This document shows positions 10,301 to 22,200 of a stretch of 64,000 bases of DNA, in pieces. Below the pieces are notes generated by a model. It was given only the letters and a program-made list of their open reading frames with translations. It had not been told where the DNA came from and ran no database searches. Where the stretch lies: contig OZ210885.1 in assembly GCA_964658305.1 (NCBI GenBank), positions 3,534,001 to 3,598,000 on the forward strand, in the 5' to 3' direction. Made by a program: the position numbers and the translations under genes. This DNA is from Leptogorgia sarmentosa (taxonomy: Eukaryota). Each line of letters begins with the position of its first letter. Positions within the stretch are counted from its first letter, which is position 1.

Positions 10301-12764
10301 AATTAAACACTGACGAGTCTGAGGTAGGTTAAAATAACTTCTTCTCGCAGGAAAGATTCATGCGAAAAACGAAATTGCCAACGTCAAATGATCACTCCCA
10401 AAATCTCAACATCTATTTTGGGTAAATTCATGGAGCTCTTCCGAACCCTTGCATATCATTGCAATTCCTATTGGTGGCGACTAGCGGGCTTACAAGATCT
10501 TGTTTATAACCCATGATTTCAGAACCGTAACGAATAAATGTACTGTCGCAATGAGGAATAGCGTCATAGTGATAGTTGTTTAACTGAAATTTGCATTTTT
10601 TTTAGAATGAACGTTGGTCATATTGGAGTGAACCTTTTACTTTCATTGGAGGTAGGCTGCATGGCGCATGTATTTATAAAATAACCGGAAGTAAGTGAAA
10701 AAGACTGCGCGCGCGTGATTGGCTAACAGTCGTGTTGATGTGAGATTATGTATATTGTGAAATGTGGGATTATTTCCACACATTTCTCGTTCTCCCAATC
10801 TTGCACTCGTGTTTACATAACTCGATGCAAACATGGAAAATGTTTTCAATTCCTTAAATACAGCTAAGGCTATATACTTGCGAACTTCAAACCTTGAACA
10901 TTATTTGGGAATCTTATTGCACATGCAAATTGTTCAAGTGTTGTATAATTTAGTCATTCAGATTTCAGATAATTTAAAAAATAGATGGCGGTTACGCCGC
11001 AAGGTAAAAAGTATTTTAAAACCAATTTCTATTCCAAATTAATTTTCTTTAATTTTTTTTATAAAATATTCTTATATAGTCAGTAATCAAGGCAAAGAAG
11101 ATGAAAGTAAATCACTTTCTTGATGGTTTATTTATTCTGTTCATGAAATCAAAATACCGTTGACAAAATGTTGGGATGAACATGCAACATTCTGAATTCT
11201 TGTATTATAGAAACTGTTGACGGTCAAGATACGAAGCAATCCAGTTGTGGGAAAATCCAAATAGATCTCCTCATTCCTCTGGTTATATTTATTCTTTGTT
11301 TTCTGCTGTCACTTGGTGTAATCATATATCAACGTCGTCTCATTCAAAATTATAAAAAGCTATCTGGCCGGGACTACGAGGTGCCAGAAAAGGCAAAAGC
11401 ACAGCAAACGATTAAATCTAGTATGTATACTTATTCTTTCAGTTAAGTTATTCTATTAACCAGGGGCGTAGCCAGCCCTACAAAAGTGAGGGGGTCCATT
11501 CATCCAGTAGATCATATACAGTTATACTGCGCAACAATATGTCCAAACGTTCATGTATTTTAGGCGGGGATGTTATGAACTTGAAAATAACAAATGTTTC
11601 ACAAGTGCACCTTAAACAAAACAGCCTAATGTGTGTGTATATGAATCAAATAATATATTAATCAAATGTTGGGGATGCAATGGTGCATGATTAGACTGTG
11701 AGGAGGCGTACTCGATATTCCTTATATCCGCTTTCTTACTTGATTTTAAAGGAATTGAAAGACATGTTTTGAATAAAAGTGGGGGGGTCCGGACCCCTCC
11801 CCCTCCGATTCCATCCCGTTAAATTAAATTTGTCAGCAGTAGACTGTCGTACATGAAAACGCAAATCTTAAAATATAACTTGCTTCTTGATCTACAACCT
11901 ATAACTTGTTTAAACTCGTTGCAAGACATTTTTATTTTGTTATTCAGGCTTTGCCATGGTTATAGAAGTAATGTTAATCAGAGAGAATGCATAAAAATGC
12001 CACGGGTTCTAAACTCGGCCTCAAACGAAAAGGCCTTTTGGGGTCTGCCCGTTCCAGAATCCTTCGGTTTATGAACACTTGTTTGGCCAAAAAGCACAGA
12101 AAAGAGTCATGTTTCAGCTATATAATACACTTCTCACATCATAATTCTCATTGACCGCGGAAGATCGATAATTGGGGGGGGGGGGCTCATATTCATATAT
12201 TCGAGTTCACAAATCTTGATTTCAAAACAACCCATAACAATTGACTTCAAAAGGAATAAGGAATGCAAAAGACGAATATATAAATATTAGCCCCCCCCCC
12301 CCCCCCGTCATTTGTTGAACTTCCGCTGTCGCTGAATTTAACCCATGACAGCCTGTTGTATATTGCATATCCGTTAGGGTTATCTCGAGCGGTTGTTTCG
12401 TGTGGGTGTACTGACAATGATAACTGATTATCATGGATCAAAATGGAAGAGATGCATCAACACCTTTCTTAATTCCATTCCAGCTCTTGAAGGTAACAAC
12501 AAAACTGTGAAAGCCGTCAAAGCTGCTACCGGCAGTGATTTGAACAAGAATGATGGATATGAATCACCTGACTGCTTTGCTAAAGGGAACAAGCAAAATG
12601 AAACTGAATCTCAACAAGAACTTTCTGCTGCAGAAGAATCCTCGACTTACATGTCTTTGAAAAACTGCAGAGATCCTGAGAACGTTTATCAATCGCTACA
12701 ATACCCCAATATTCAGACCGTGGAATATGAAAATCCCACATTTACGTCCAAAGGGCAAATGTAG
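3975..12764 (+). CDS. Receptor paralogue 1: multi-exon type I membrane protein (ricin-B-like, SUEL, SRCR, F5/8-C, FN3 x2, juxtamembrane FN3-like, TM, tyrosine-motif tail)
   Basis: Exons 3975-4382, 4902-5213, 6037-6333, 6807-7084, 7447-7573, 8084-8362, 9178-9453, 9698-9776, 10065-10323, 10606-10651, 11211-11420, 12484-12764. All have AG/GT boundaries with matching phases. They total 2852 nt, open to TAG at 12762-12764 (~950 aa). The 5' leader exon with ATG is not identified. Confidence 0.85.
4902..5213 (+). CDS. Copy 1 exon B: SUEL/galactose-rhamnose-binding lectin-like domain (degenerate)
   Basis: VHC...MMVKSADYG...C...VKSRCSGGKSC...C SDTSKQIYTKYTC follows the SUEL Cys/YG pattern. Phase 1-1 exon. 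Confidence 0.8.
6037..6333 (+). CDS. Copy 1 exon C: SRCR-like domain
   Basis: IRLSNRNEGYIEIKNGSIWKKVVEENWDKNRQKMLCQYLGF matches the SRCR N-terminal consensus (RL..EGrvEv...W..V...W......C..LG). Phase 1-1. Confidence 0.8.
6343..6502. mobile_element. Old MITE-like element in intron C-D, shared by all five copies
   Basis: Imperfect terminal IR GCTCTGCGTGTAGCAACTGA / TCAGTTCTATATACAGAGC around a poly-C tract. Confidence 0.5.
6807..7573 (+). CDS. Copy 1 exons D+E (6807-7084, 7447-7573): F5/8 type C (discoidin) domain
   Basis: C.NPLL...FPDS..SGS...DARI...GWCP....YLLLDL......QV......WS.SYSLKYS | EFGN....CLRIQLCG is the discoidin pattern. Phase-0 intron inside the domain. Confidence 0.85.
8084..8362 (+). 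CDS. Copy 1 exon F: fibronectin type III domain 1
   Basis: PAQVSNISVSP...ATVMW...IEGLLPYTSYSVGIQT is a classic FN3 (W, L.P.T.Y). Phase 1-1. Confidence 0.9.
9178..9453 (+). CDS. Copy 1 exon G: fibronectin type III domain 2
   Basis: APP...YTIFWVQP...KYFINYR...YIFEIQVVTEPGMS FN3 pattern. Phase 1-1. Confidence 0.85.
9698..10651 (+). CDS. Copy 1 exons H-J (9698-9776, 10065-10323, 10606-10651): juxtamembrane FN3-like domain with KRRRKR furin site and WSYWS motif
   Basis: Phases 1-2-0-1 join in frame: APLKTPTKKNDSYTVTLIKPRKEQNIKQVALVLL...PDKRRRKRNAVVVEALSPMSTYRAAQLNTDESE|NERWSYWSEPFTFIG. The small exons H and J are conserved with their splice sites in copies 1, 2 and 4 (H also in copy 5). Confidence 0.8.
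11211..11420 (+). CDS. Copy 1 exon K: transmembrane helix plus start of cytoplasmic tail
   Basis: LLIPLVIFILCFLLSLGVIIY (11267-11329) is followed by QRR (positive-inside) and DYEVP. Boundaries tatag|AA...TCTA|gtatgt. Confidence 0.85.
11461..11817. mobile_element. hAT-like MITE fragment, copy 1 only
   Basis: Starts CAGGGGCGTAGCCAG with a G-run/C-run subterminal region. Copies 2-4 read CTATTAAC|GTTAAA without it. The right TIR is not recognisable. Confidence 0.65.
12484..12764 (+). CDS. Copy 1 exon L: terminal cytoplasmic exon with ITAM-like tyrosine motifs
   Basis: GYESP...STYMSLKNCRDPENVYQSL...EYENPTFTSKGQM*. The stop position is conserved in copies 1-4. Confidence 0.8.
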
Positions 12765-14236
12765 ATTCAACAAAAGCCTTTCGTCGAAGATCGTTTTGTA
12801 GTGACCGGAACTTTTGCTGCATGTAGAGTGGCCAGAGTGCATTTTCCTCGGATATACGTAAGAGGGTTTATAACTACACATCTTTATATATATTTTAACA
12901 AGGGCCTCAGCTAGAGTGTTAATTGAGGGGGGGGGGGGCGCCTATGCATATATTCCTCTTCTGCCCAACGGATTTTTATCAAATTTGTTGTTTTTAAATA
13001 AAAGAAATCCGTCGGGGAGAACATGACTACACTACCGCCCCGATTGTGACTATTTTAACGATTTGCAAAAATGCATGAATAAGCCTATAGCATGCATTTA
13101 ATACCATTTTACTCCATATTATAATTAACTTAACGCATTTAGTACTTTTTAGCTACTACATAATCATGATAACACATTAGTGTGAAACCGAAAAAGTTAC
13201 AAATAGTGTAGGTATTTTGGTACTGTACATGCATATCTATGTTGGATATTTGTATTGGTGTATTTTGAAAAACAGTTATATCGTATTTCTTCATATTAAC
13301 GTTATTAACCTACATGTAGTTCTTAGAAAATGCTATGGAAATGATCCAACAGCATAGATACATCTCTTGACAAATCATGAATAGGTAGTTTGTGTTGAAA
13401 AATAAATTTCCCTTATTCATTTATACTACCTGATTTTGAAAATACAAATGACATTTCAGAATATATGCACTAATTATTAACAATTAAATTATCCCCGCGA
13501 GGCAAGCCGTTCGGTCGGCTATTCACACCAGGGTAAAGGAAAGCATAGCGGAGTCTGAAGCATTCAACAAAAAAATAACTAGAACGATAAGTCAGGGGGA
13601 AATTGAAGCCGTGCTTGAAGATGTTTTTGTATGGAGACCCAGTCTTTTTCTAATATCATTTTATAATATTCATTTAGACAAAACTAAGACGTCAAACCTC
13701 AGGAATTATTTAACCCTATGTAAAATACATCAGTATGCGAAGCTTCGTGAAGATTGGAGGCATAAAAGTCGAAAGAAATGGGTTTGATTTTATTGTTGAC
13801 AAAAACACTCATTACCAGAATCTTAAGCGTCGCGCCCGCTGTCATGTGTCAGTGGCAACAATCATGAATTTTAATTATTCAATGAGCAGGCGATGAAGCG
13901 AGTCAGAATAACTGTATAGCACAAGACGTATAGTATATTTACCACAGAGAAAAGTGAGGCAAATTTATTTCTTCGCGGCTCAAAACTACTTGATTCTTAA
14001 ACCTGTAATATTCTTTTTTGCTAACCTAAGTTCACCTTTTCGTTTTAACGCTTCGTTTTTGTTCATTTGCCAATCATAGGACCAAATCATAGCAGTTATC
14101 GTCCCAAATGTTTCAGACAGAAGATCCATATTGAAATTCTAAATAAAGCTAAAGGTCAAGAACATGTTTTTTAATACTTATATTATTCGAATTTACCGCA
14201 AATTATCTCAAATCCACCAAAACTTCGCCCTCAATA

Positions 14237-14766
14237 AATATAGGATATTACACGGTTGCGAAAAGATATGGATTTTATGTTCGAGTGTCAAGAACAATAT
14301 CTCACGTGTGAGCGCAGCGAACGAGTGAGATATTGCTTTTGCCACGAGAACATAAAATCCATATCTTCGAGCGAACCGTGTAATGTTCTGTTTATTATAT
14401 GGACTTATTCAGAGTGACACAAATACACAACAACTACCCCTTTAATGCAAACATGCAGTCTAAAACACGACAATTAATGGCTTTAAAATTAGCCTTTAGT
14501 AAATATAGATTATAAAATACCGCTTTATTGTAGTTTATTGTAGTATTGTAGCTTTATTGTTCGTCGCAAAACGTACTAATATCGTCTTCGCTTAAATTCA
14601 CAAACCTTGAAGTAGAAGCCATTTGTAAACAGCGAAAAAGGCGGGAAGGTTATGTCACCTCTAAGCGTGACAAACGGAAAATACGCGCACCGTATCCCGG
14701 ATGTAGTGGCGTATGAGTTCTACGAGTGTTTTAGTTCCCAATAAAATACCGCTGTCCATATAATAA
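14237..14766. mobile_element. ~530-bp insertion with a terminal ~150-bp hairpin (non-autonomous element)
   Basis: Interrupts CTCAATAA|TTCCTTATATG, which is contiguous at ~44942-44960. 14241-14390 is an imperfect palindrome centred on GAGCGCAGCGAACGAG. Confidence 0.7.
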
Positions 14767-16290
14767 TTCCTTATATGTTCGATCTCATTCAATAATTGTT
14801 GATAATTAGTGCATATATTTTTCATTTCGTTGATCATTGAGAAATATTGTGATGCGGAAGTATATGCTCTTACTCCTTCAGTATTCAAAATCAACGAAAA
14901 GATGTCGTGGCTTTTTCATCGATGGCTTTCTTATTTTACCATATCCTTGCTGGTGTTTGAAGGTAATGTGTGATACGGTTGTAGTCAGTACAGCAACAGT
15001 AACTAGCTACTGACAATATTTTTTACCCCAATTGCCCACCAATATCGATCATAGAATGTTTAAGGCTTTAAGCTACGCTTTCAAGTGTCAAACGTCAAAC
15101 AGCAAAGACAAACTGACAAAGTTTCAACCGTAAGCAGTAGAATGTCAATGGACTTGTTGTTAAATTATTCCTTTTACATGAGAAAGAAAGTGGTTAAACC
15201 AAATTCCGCGGCAAGAGTTAGACCTTCCGTTCGCCGTTCACCGAAGCATAAACTCCCTGATAACATGAGTCTAAAAATCAAAATGTATGTTATATTTGGT
15301 TTAAAAATGTTTTGCTTGCGATAAATTATGCAGTATGCGTGGTGGCATTAATGATCAAGACTATATAGACTGAGTTTATACTGCATATACATTGCCTAAA
15401 CATTATTGACAACTTAGGTTCTAGAAGTTGGTTCAGGAACAACAACTTAATTGGTTCAGGAAGTTGTGATATTATAGTTAAGTGCCTGTTAACTGTTGTA
15501 TATCTCTGGGTAGAAGGTTTATAAATTACACTGAAACCCTGTCGTTATTATTAGTACCTTGATAAAAACGAAACGAACACGTGTTATATATATATCGTTT
15601 GGTATATATGAGAATGCTCACACCAGACGCATTTGATACGCACCGAGACATCAACACATCCACACATGCGCAGAGAGGCATTGGGGCAGAGTGGCCTAAC
15701 GACCACAAGGGACGCGAGCTTTGCTCTCGCCCCAAAGCATAAATAGACATTGCTACAATGTGCCTATTTATAGCAATGTTGAAAAACAATATGATGTATT
15801 CACGAGTAACAATCGTGTTTAAGCGTGCATTGACTTGCACATTGACAGCGTGCATATAGCTATATTATAGGTATTGACTTATTAAGAATTTAAGATATCT
15901 TTGTAAAGCCCACTGACGCCATCGATTTTCTGCCTTTGGGATTTCAAAGGAGGAGCTTCGTAAATTCTGAAGAAGAATATTTCGCCAATAATGCATGCAT
16001 GCACTCGTGGGTTCAACTTCGTGCTATGGGCATCGAAATTCTAACAATGGATTATTTTAAATATTTGCGATTTTTTTGTACACCCTGTATGTGAAAATTG
16101 AAGACATTTTGTGCAGCTAAAATATATTCATGTCGAAAAGGTTGAGGAGGAAGCAATATCAATGTGTCGCGGGATCAGAACTTTACATGTATAGCCTGAG
16201 TATATTCGGAAATTATTTTACTGAAAGTTCTTTGTTATCAGTGTCATTGATAATTGCGTCATCATTCAATTTTTATCCTTCTTTGTTCAG

Positions 16291-19200
16291 ATTGTGAAGG
16301 CCTTTTCCTCAGGTATACCCAGACTGGAAAGTGTATTACGCCATCGGAAGATGTCGTGTACGATGATCCAGACCTCGCTCGTCCTTACTTTGTTGTATTG
16401 ACTGACAACTGCTTGAACGATACAGCACAATTCCGTTATCTTGACAGGCCGCTGTTATTCAATATTGAGAAGCAAGGAACGCTGTGGTCTCCCGGCGGCT
16501 ATATGTCTCGTTGGTGGGTTTACAATGGCCTACATCCCACTAGAGTTGGGCACGAAATCAGCAGTTCCAATTATTTAAAACAAACAGCTGCAGGGTCTTT
16601 ATTCTTGTACAATCGGGGTGTATGTGCTCAGCCCAGTTCATCAAATTATCTATTAAGGAAAACGTGTAGTAACACAGCAGAGCAAAAGTTTACCTTTGGT
16701 AAGTGAGAATTATACTGGACAACCCGCACAATTATATCGAAAGAATAAAACTGATTACTATATTCGTCTTCTCCCCGACAGATTTCTTTTGAAATAAACT
16801 TGAAAGAAATTCGTCGAATGAGGGCAAACATTGGGCTTGATAATTCTTCATATTGTGCGAAAACCGAATTTAATAATTGTTTTATTATTTATTTACAGTC
16901 GATTTCAGGTCAATTCACTGTTTGTATTTAGCCAACCAGAAACCAGGAATTTTAAAATAAATAATAACGGATTTTGCATTGTGTGTAGCAAAGAAATATT
17001 TGCAAAATGGAATTTGAAATTGCGAAAGCTAATTAAGTCTACAGTTCAAAATGTTAATTATCAGGTGACTGTGTCAAATCGCTTTTCACATTTGGTTTAT
17101 CTCTACTTAGGGCGATGTGAGATTTCCCTATGACCAGACGAAAATCTTTTATTTGGATTTTTTTAAAATGCATTCCACGATTGGGAAAATTAGTCTAATA
17201 TCAACTCTGTTTTATAGGTGCAGTGACAGCCTATAACGCTGAAATGGAAAATGTCCACTGCTCTTCAGAACAGCATATGATGGTAAAGAGTGCTGATTAT
17301 GGAGATTTTAATGATAGTGGTACATTTAATCACAACCCAAAAAACATTGATACACAATGTAGCAAGCTTACCAATTGCCAAGTGAAATCTCGTTGTAGCG
17401 GAGGGAAATCGTGTGAACTGGTAATCGACAGTAATTTGCTACCATCGCAATATTGTTCTGATACTTCCAAACAAATATACACCAAGTACACTTGTGTGGA
17501 TACCAACAGCTCATCCGCTATAACTGCAGGTAAAATTTATTGAAATGCTGTTGTATATTAATTTTTCTCCTTTAAAATTCCTTTTTTGCACTCTTGATGT
17601 TGATGAATCAAAGTTAATGATCTAAATTCTTTGTTTGAGATCATTTACATTAGGGTCGACATATGAAAAGTTCCACGTCTGAACTACGATCTTGGCCAAT
17701 AATGCATAGAACGGCAGCCCGAACCGACTATTTCCAGTTTTAAATATGACTAAATATGATGTTTTACCTCAAGGGATTCTAATAATTATACGCACGACAA
17801 ATGAATCATTGTTCGATAATTTAAGGCCGAGATTGTAGGCCTGAGGATCGTTATTGCAGGCTCATGAGACCAGCAATTGAAAACCGAATAAATGAGATAT
17901 AGCGACAACTATCTTTACTTTGGATGTGCAGTGTCCTCAGAGCATGCAATGACTTCAAAACTACATGTTTGCATTATGAAGTATATAAGGCTCGAAAGAA
18001 TTTTATATGATTTATTATGGCAATCACATTAACAAAAAATAGTATCAATAATATGTGCAAGGTGACCCAGCCAAAGCAATTAAAGTTCTCCATCAAGAAC
18101 GAGCACTTTGCCTACGACGTTTTTTGAATGCGAAGTATTTCATAACCATAATAAGCGATGAAACGCAAATCCCAGCAGCAATTTTTTTAAGAAGATATAT
18201 TTTTCTTTGCTTTTGGTTAAAATGTGTTCAGAAAGTTAAAATAAGTACTGCCCAACTGTTTCACGACTTGGAAAACAGCTCTATCGAACGATAACAAAGC
18301 ATATGAATTATTTAGAAGTGTTCATGATTTGATAATATTATTAATGTTTCAGCTTCCAATATTAGATTGTCAAACCGAAACGAAGGGTATATTGAAATAA
18401 AAAATGGTTCAATATGGAAGAAAGTTGTTGAGGAAAACTGGGATAAAAACCGTCAAAAAATGCTGTGTCAGTATTTAGGATTTGAAGAGATTGATGGCAA
18501 TAATATTGAAACTACACAGTTAGGGAGTGGACAAAAGATTGCAACTGGGGGCCTGATATGTTATAACACACAATCAAACATAGCATCCTGTTGTGTCCAT
18601 CTTAATCCTTTAACAACCAATACAAGTACTACGATTCCAGATGTGAGATGTAAGTACGCGGCTCTGCGTGTAGCAACTGAGAGGATGTTTGCTAAACGTT
18701 TCGGAAAAGTCTGGATTTGCCCCCCCCCCCTGCCGAATAGCTCCCCCGTCGCCACTGAGCTGTGTAACAAAAAATCTGGAAAACTATTATCCACCCATCA
18801 GTTCTATATACAGAGCAGCCATATTACTCTAAATTAATGTTGGTGCTGCATTAATACATTTCTGCTATACTGGAATGAATTTCTAAGCATGCGAACAAGG
18901 CCGAAAAATGCAGGAAACATTTAACTCACAGCGATGATTGTGTTTTTGTTCAGAGTAAGCACCTACCTTAATGAATGACGTAATTTCAACCTACGAATGT
19001 GGCCGAATCAATGTTTTGAAAATGTACATAATTCAGTCTGAGATATTTTTCCTGCCGCCAAAAGTAATATTGTATTATTGCACCGATGAATTTAATTTTG
19101 TTTTTCAATTTTCGTTGCAGGCAAAATATGTAAGAACCCACTACTGCAAGATGAAAATACTTTTCCAGACTCTGTGTTTTCCGGCAGTGGTGATCCAAAT

Positions 19201-22200
19201 GAGAACTACAAAGATGGGAGAATCACTAAAAGTGGCTGGTGTCCATTGGGATCCGGCAGCACATACCTCTTGCTCGACCTTCAGAATGAATATCACATAA
19301 CTCAGGTCGTGGTTATGGCTGATGAAGAACAAACAAAATGGAGCGGTTCATATTCTTTGAAATACAGTCACGACACTTCTTATGAGAACAGCGCAAAGGT
19401 ACAGTTGTTCTAGTAATGAAGTTATGGTTTCCTGAAAATGAATGGTAGAAAAGAGTTGATAGAGAAGACTTGATGAAAGAAATCCCGCTAACGTATCCAG
19501 GATTGACAAACTCCTACCCTTAATATTAAATAGAAACGTGATTTACCTAATTCCGGGGATCTTCAGTGCATGGTATACAATAGCGTATAATTAAATAACT
19601 ATAAAGCGTCGAAAAAGAGAGGAGATTTTAAATCTACTGAGACTGCACATATTTAACTTAACAAGGAATTGAACGAATTTAATTATTGATGATGTACATA
19701 TTTGTTAACGTAACTGTTTGAGATCACGAGTTCTTCCTAATTTTCAGGAATTTGGGAACCAAAACGGATACCAAGCATCAAGAACAAGTCTTGACATTTA
19801 TAATGTTAGACACATGAAAATAGAGTCCACTGGAAACAGAAACTTTTGTCTACGTATAGAACTTTGTGGAGAGGGTAAGAAATTGAGGAACAGTGAATAA
19901 CATACAAGAATGCCGAGAATGTCAGCTCGCAAAGAAACATGTTATTTAGTCGAATACAAATTTTTTATCGTATTGTAATATCAAAAAAGTGTTCGGCAGT
20001 AGTTAGCATGGTAAATCGTATTACTCAATACTCAAGATATGAAGATATTCTAGATGTTTAGCGACTTAAATTAGAGCGGTTTCTGGCCCCTTCAAATTTC
20101 TTTCAGGACCATTCTCACAAAACTGTGTAGATGTGATAAACGGCGGGGGGGAGGGGGGGTGTGGGTGTAAGGGGCGTTAGAAGATCCAATAATGATGCTG
20201 TTGAAGCATAGAATATTATGCTTTAATCTGAAATCTCACCAGGAAAATGCAGTCTAAATTTCAACATTTTCTGGTGGAGCAAGCACTTGCCCGGGATCCC
20301 CTGCAGTACCACGAATCTCGCTCCAGAAAAAATGACCTTGGCTTGATCGTCCATACTTTTTTTTTAGTTCAAACGCCAGCTCAAGTATCCAACATCAAAG
20401 TTTCACCATCGAAAGTCTCTTTAACCGTAATGTGGGAAATATCTACATCAATTCAGCACTCCAGCTATATAACAGAGATCTTCATATACCTCAACGGCCA
20501 AGTACACAAGACTGTATCTCGGGGGGCTCAAGTAACTATAGAGGGACTTTTACCATATACTTCGTATTCTGTGGGAATTCAAACTCAGGATGGTTCATCA
20601 CAAAAGAGTCAAATAGTTACCAAACATTTCACGACAAGAGGAATTGGTAGGTTTGGGGAAGCATGCTTCAATGGAGATTTCTTATTCGTACTAATTTCGT
20701 GTGACTTTTCTTTCGCGATTGGAAAAAATCGCATATTGAAGTCGCGCAAAAAACACTTCCCCACAAATTTACACACGCGAAATTAAATACCCTCGTATAT
20801 GAACAATTTAAAATTATTAAATTATTAATGTTTTCATAAATACAATCAATCACATGTTGAAAAAGTTGGGACAGCGAAGGTAGTTATCAGTGCAGAAGAA
20901 CTTCCCCTAGAAGACCAATTAACGAATGAGTAGTTCATGTGACTAGAAAATTAAAACATTACGGGCTACTTGTCGTGGTTCTGTCTTCCTTGAAAAGTTG
21001 TTTAAATATTTTAAGTTGAATTTTTAATCATAATGTAAATTATTCTCGGGAAAAACTCTATCCCTTTTTCTATTTTCGGTCATTAAAATCGCGAAAATAA
21101 AGTCTGGCGAAATATGGTTTCGAAAAATCGCGAAATTAATTAGGTGCAAAATTAAGTATGAATAAGGTTTGTACTCGTCGGGTTGAAATTCTTAGAAAAT
21201 TTATTCACATAGCCCCATGGCGATTTTTTCCATCATGGATTGGTTAAGGTGTGGTAGGGTGCTGTTTGTGCAATCATCTTCCTTAATCTGCTAAAAACAG
21301 GGACAAATTTATTTCCGCTTATAGAAAATTCATTCATCAAAATGAACATCACCTTGTCATGATAGCACTGTATTTTGTAGCTACACATTGTTCGAATCTA
21401 TACTAATATAAACAACAACTTTTCCTCTTTAAAATATGTGATTGATTTTCCATTTTTTCTTGTCGTAGCACCTCACGCAGCCATTTCAAAGATCCTATCA
21501 ACAGCCTCTAAAACGTACACTATCTTCTGGCTTCAACCAACACTGCCTGTTGGACAAATCGTCCTGAAGTACTGTATAAACTATAGAGTTCTCAATGGAG
21601 CCAATAATTCAAAAAATGTATCAAAGGATATGACATCTATTACTATTGATGTTGAATATGAGAAACAATATATTTTTGAAATACAAGTTGTGACCGAGGC
21701 GGGATTAAGTAATGTGACGTCAAGAACCTGGTTCTCTCATTCAGGTATAAAATACATGAACTTTTTCTACAGTGTGACAGTAATAACCAGTGGCGGCGCC
21801 AGGCCTCAGAATTTGGGGGGGCATTTGAGGGGCAAAGTCATATTTTGGGGGGGCAAAATAGAATTTTTAAAGTACTGTTATTTGCCCATGCCGTTATTAA
21901 ATATGTATGATGACACAAATTAATAATCGTTCTTTTATGCATAATTTTTATTATTTTAACAGATATGAACTTCGTTACAGTTATTAATCAACAATGTGAA
22001 CAAGCATAATGTAAACTTAACATTTTTAAACACACTTTTACGGCTATAGTGTATAACAAATTTTAATGCCATTTAGACAAGTGTATAATTCGGCACCTCG
22101 GAAACTTTTGAATAAACCTATCCACAACTCCTTTTCCAAATCAATACTTAGTGCTCTTTTTCTGTAAATGCTGATAACTGTTAAGAATTTTAACCTAGAG

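Noticed and set aside
11948..12074. Possible extra or alternative exon after a good acceptor (ttattcag|GCTTTGCC) in intron K-L
   Set aside because: Indels between copies change the frame and stop position, and exon K already joins exon L in frame. It cannot be supported without RNA data.
10606..12764. Calling the gene a class I cytokine receptor, RTK or receptor phosphatase
   Set aside because: No kinase or phosphatase domain in the tail, no clear Box1 motif and no four-Cys cytokine-binding module. Only the WSxWS and furin-site resemblance is supported.
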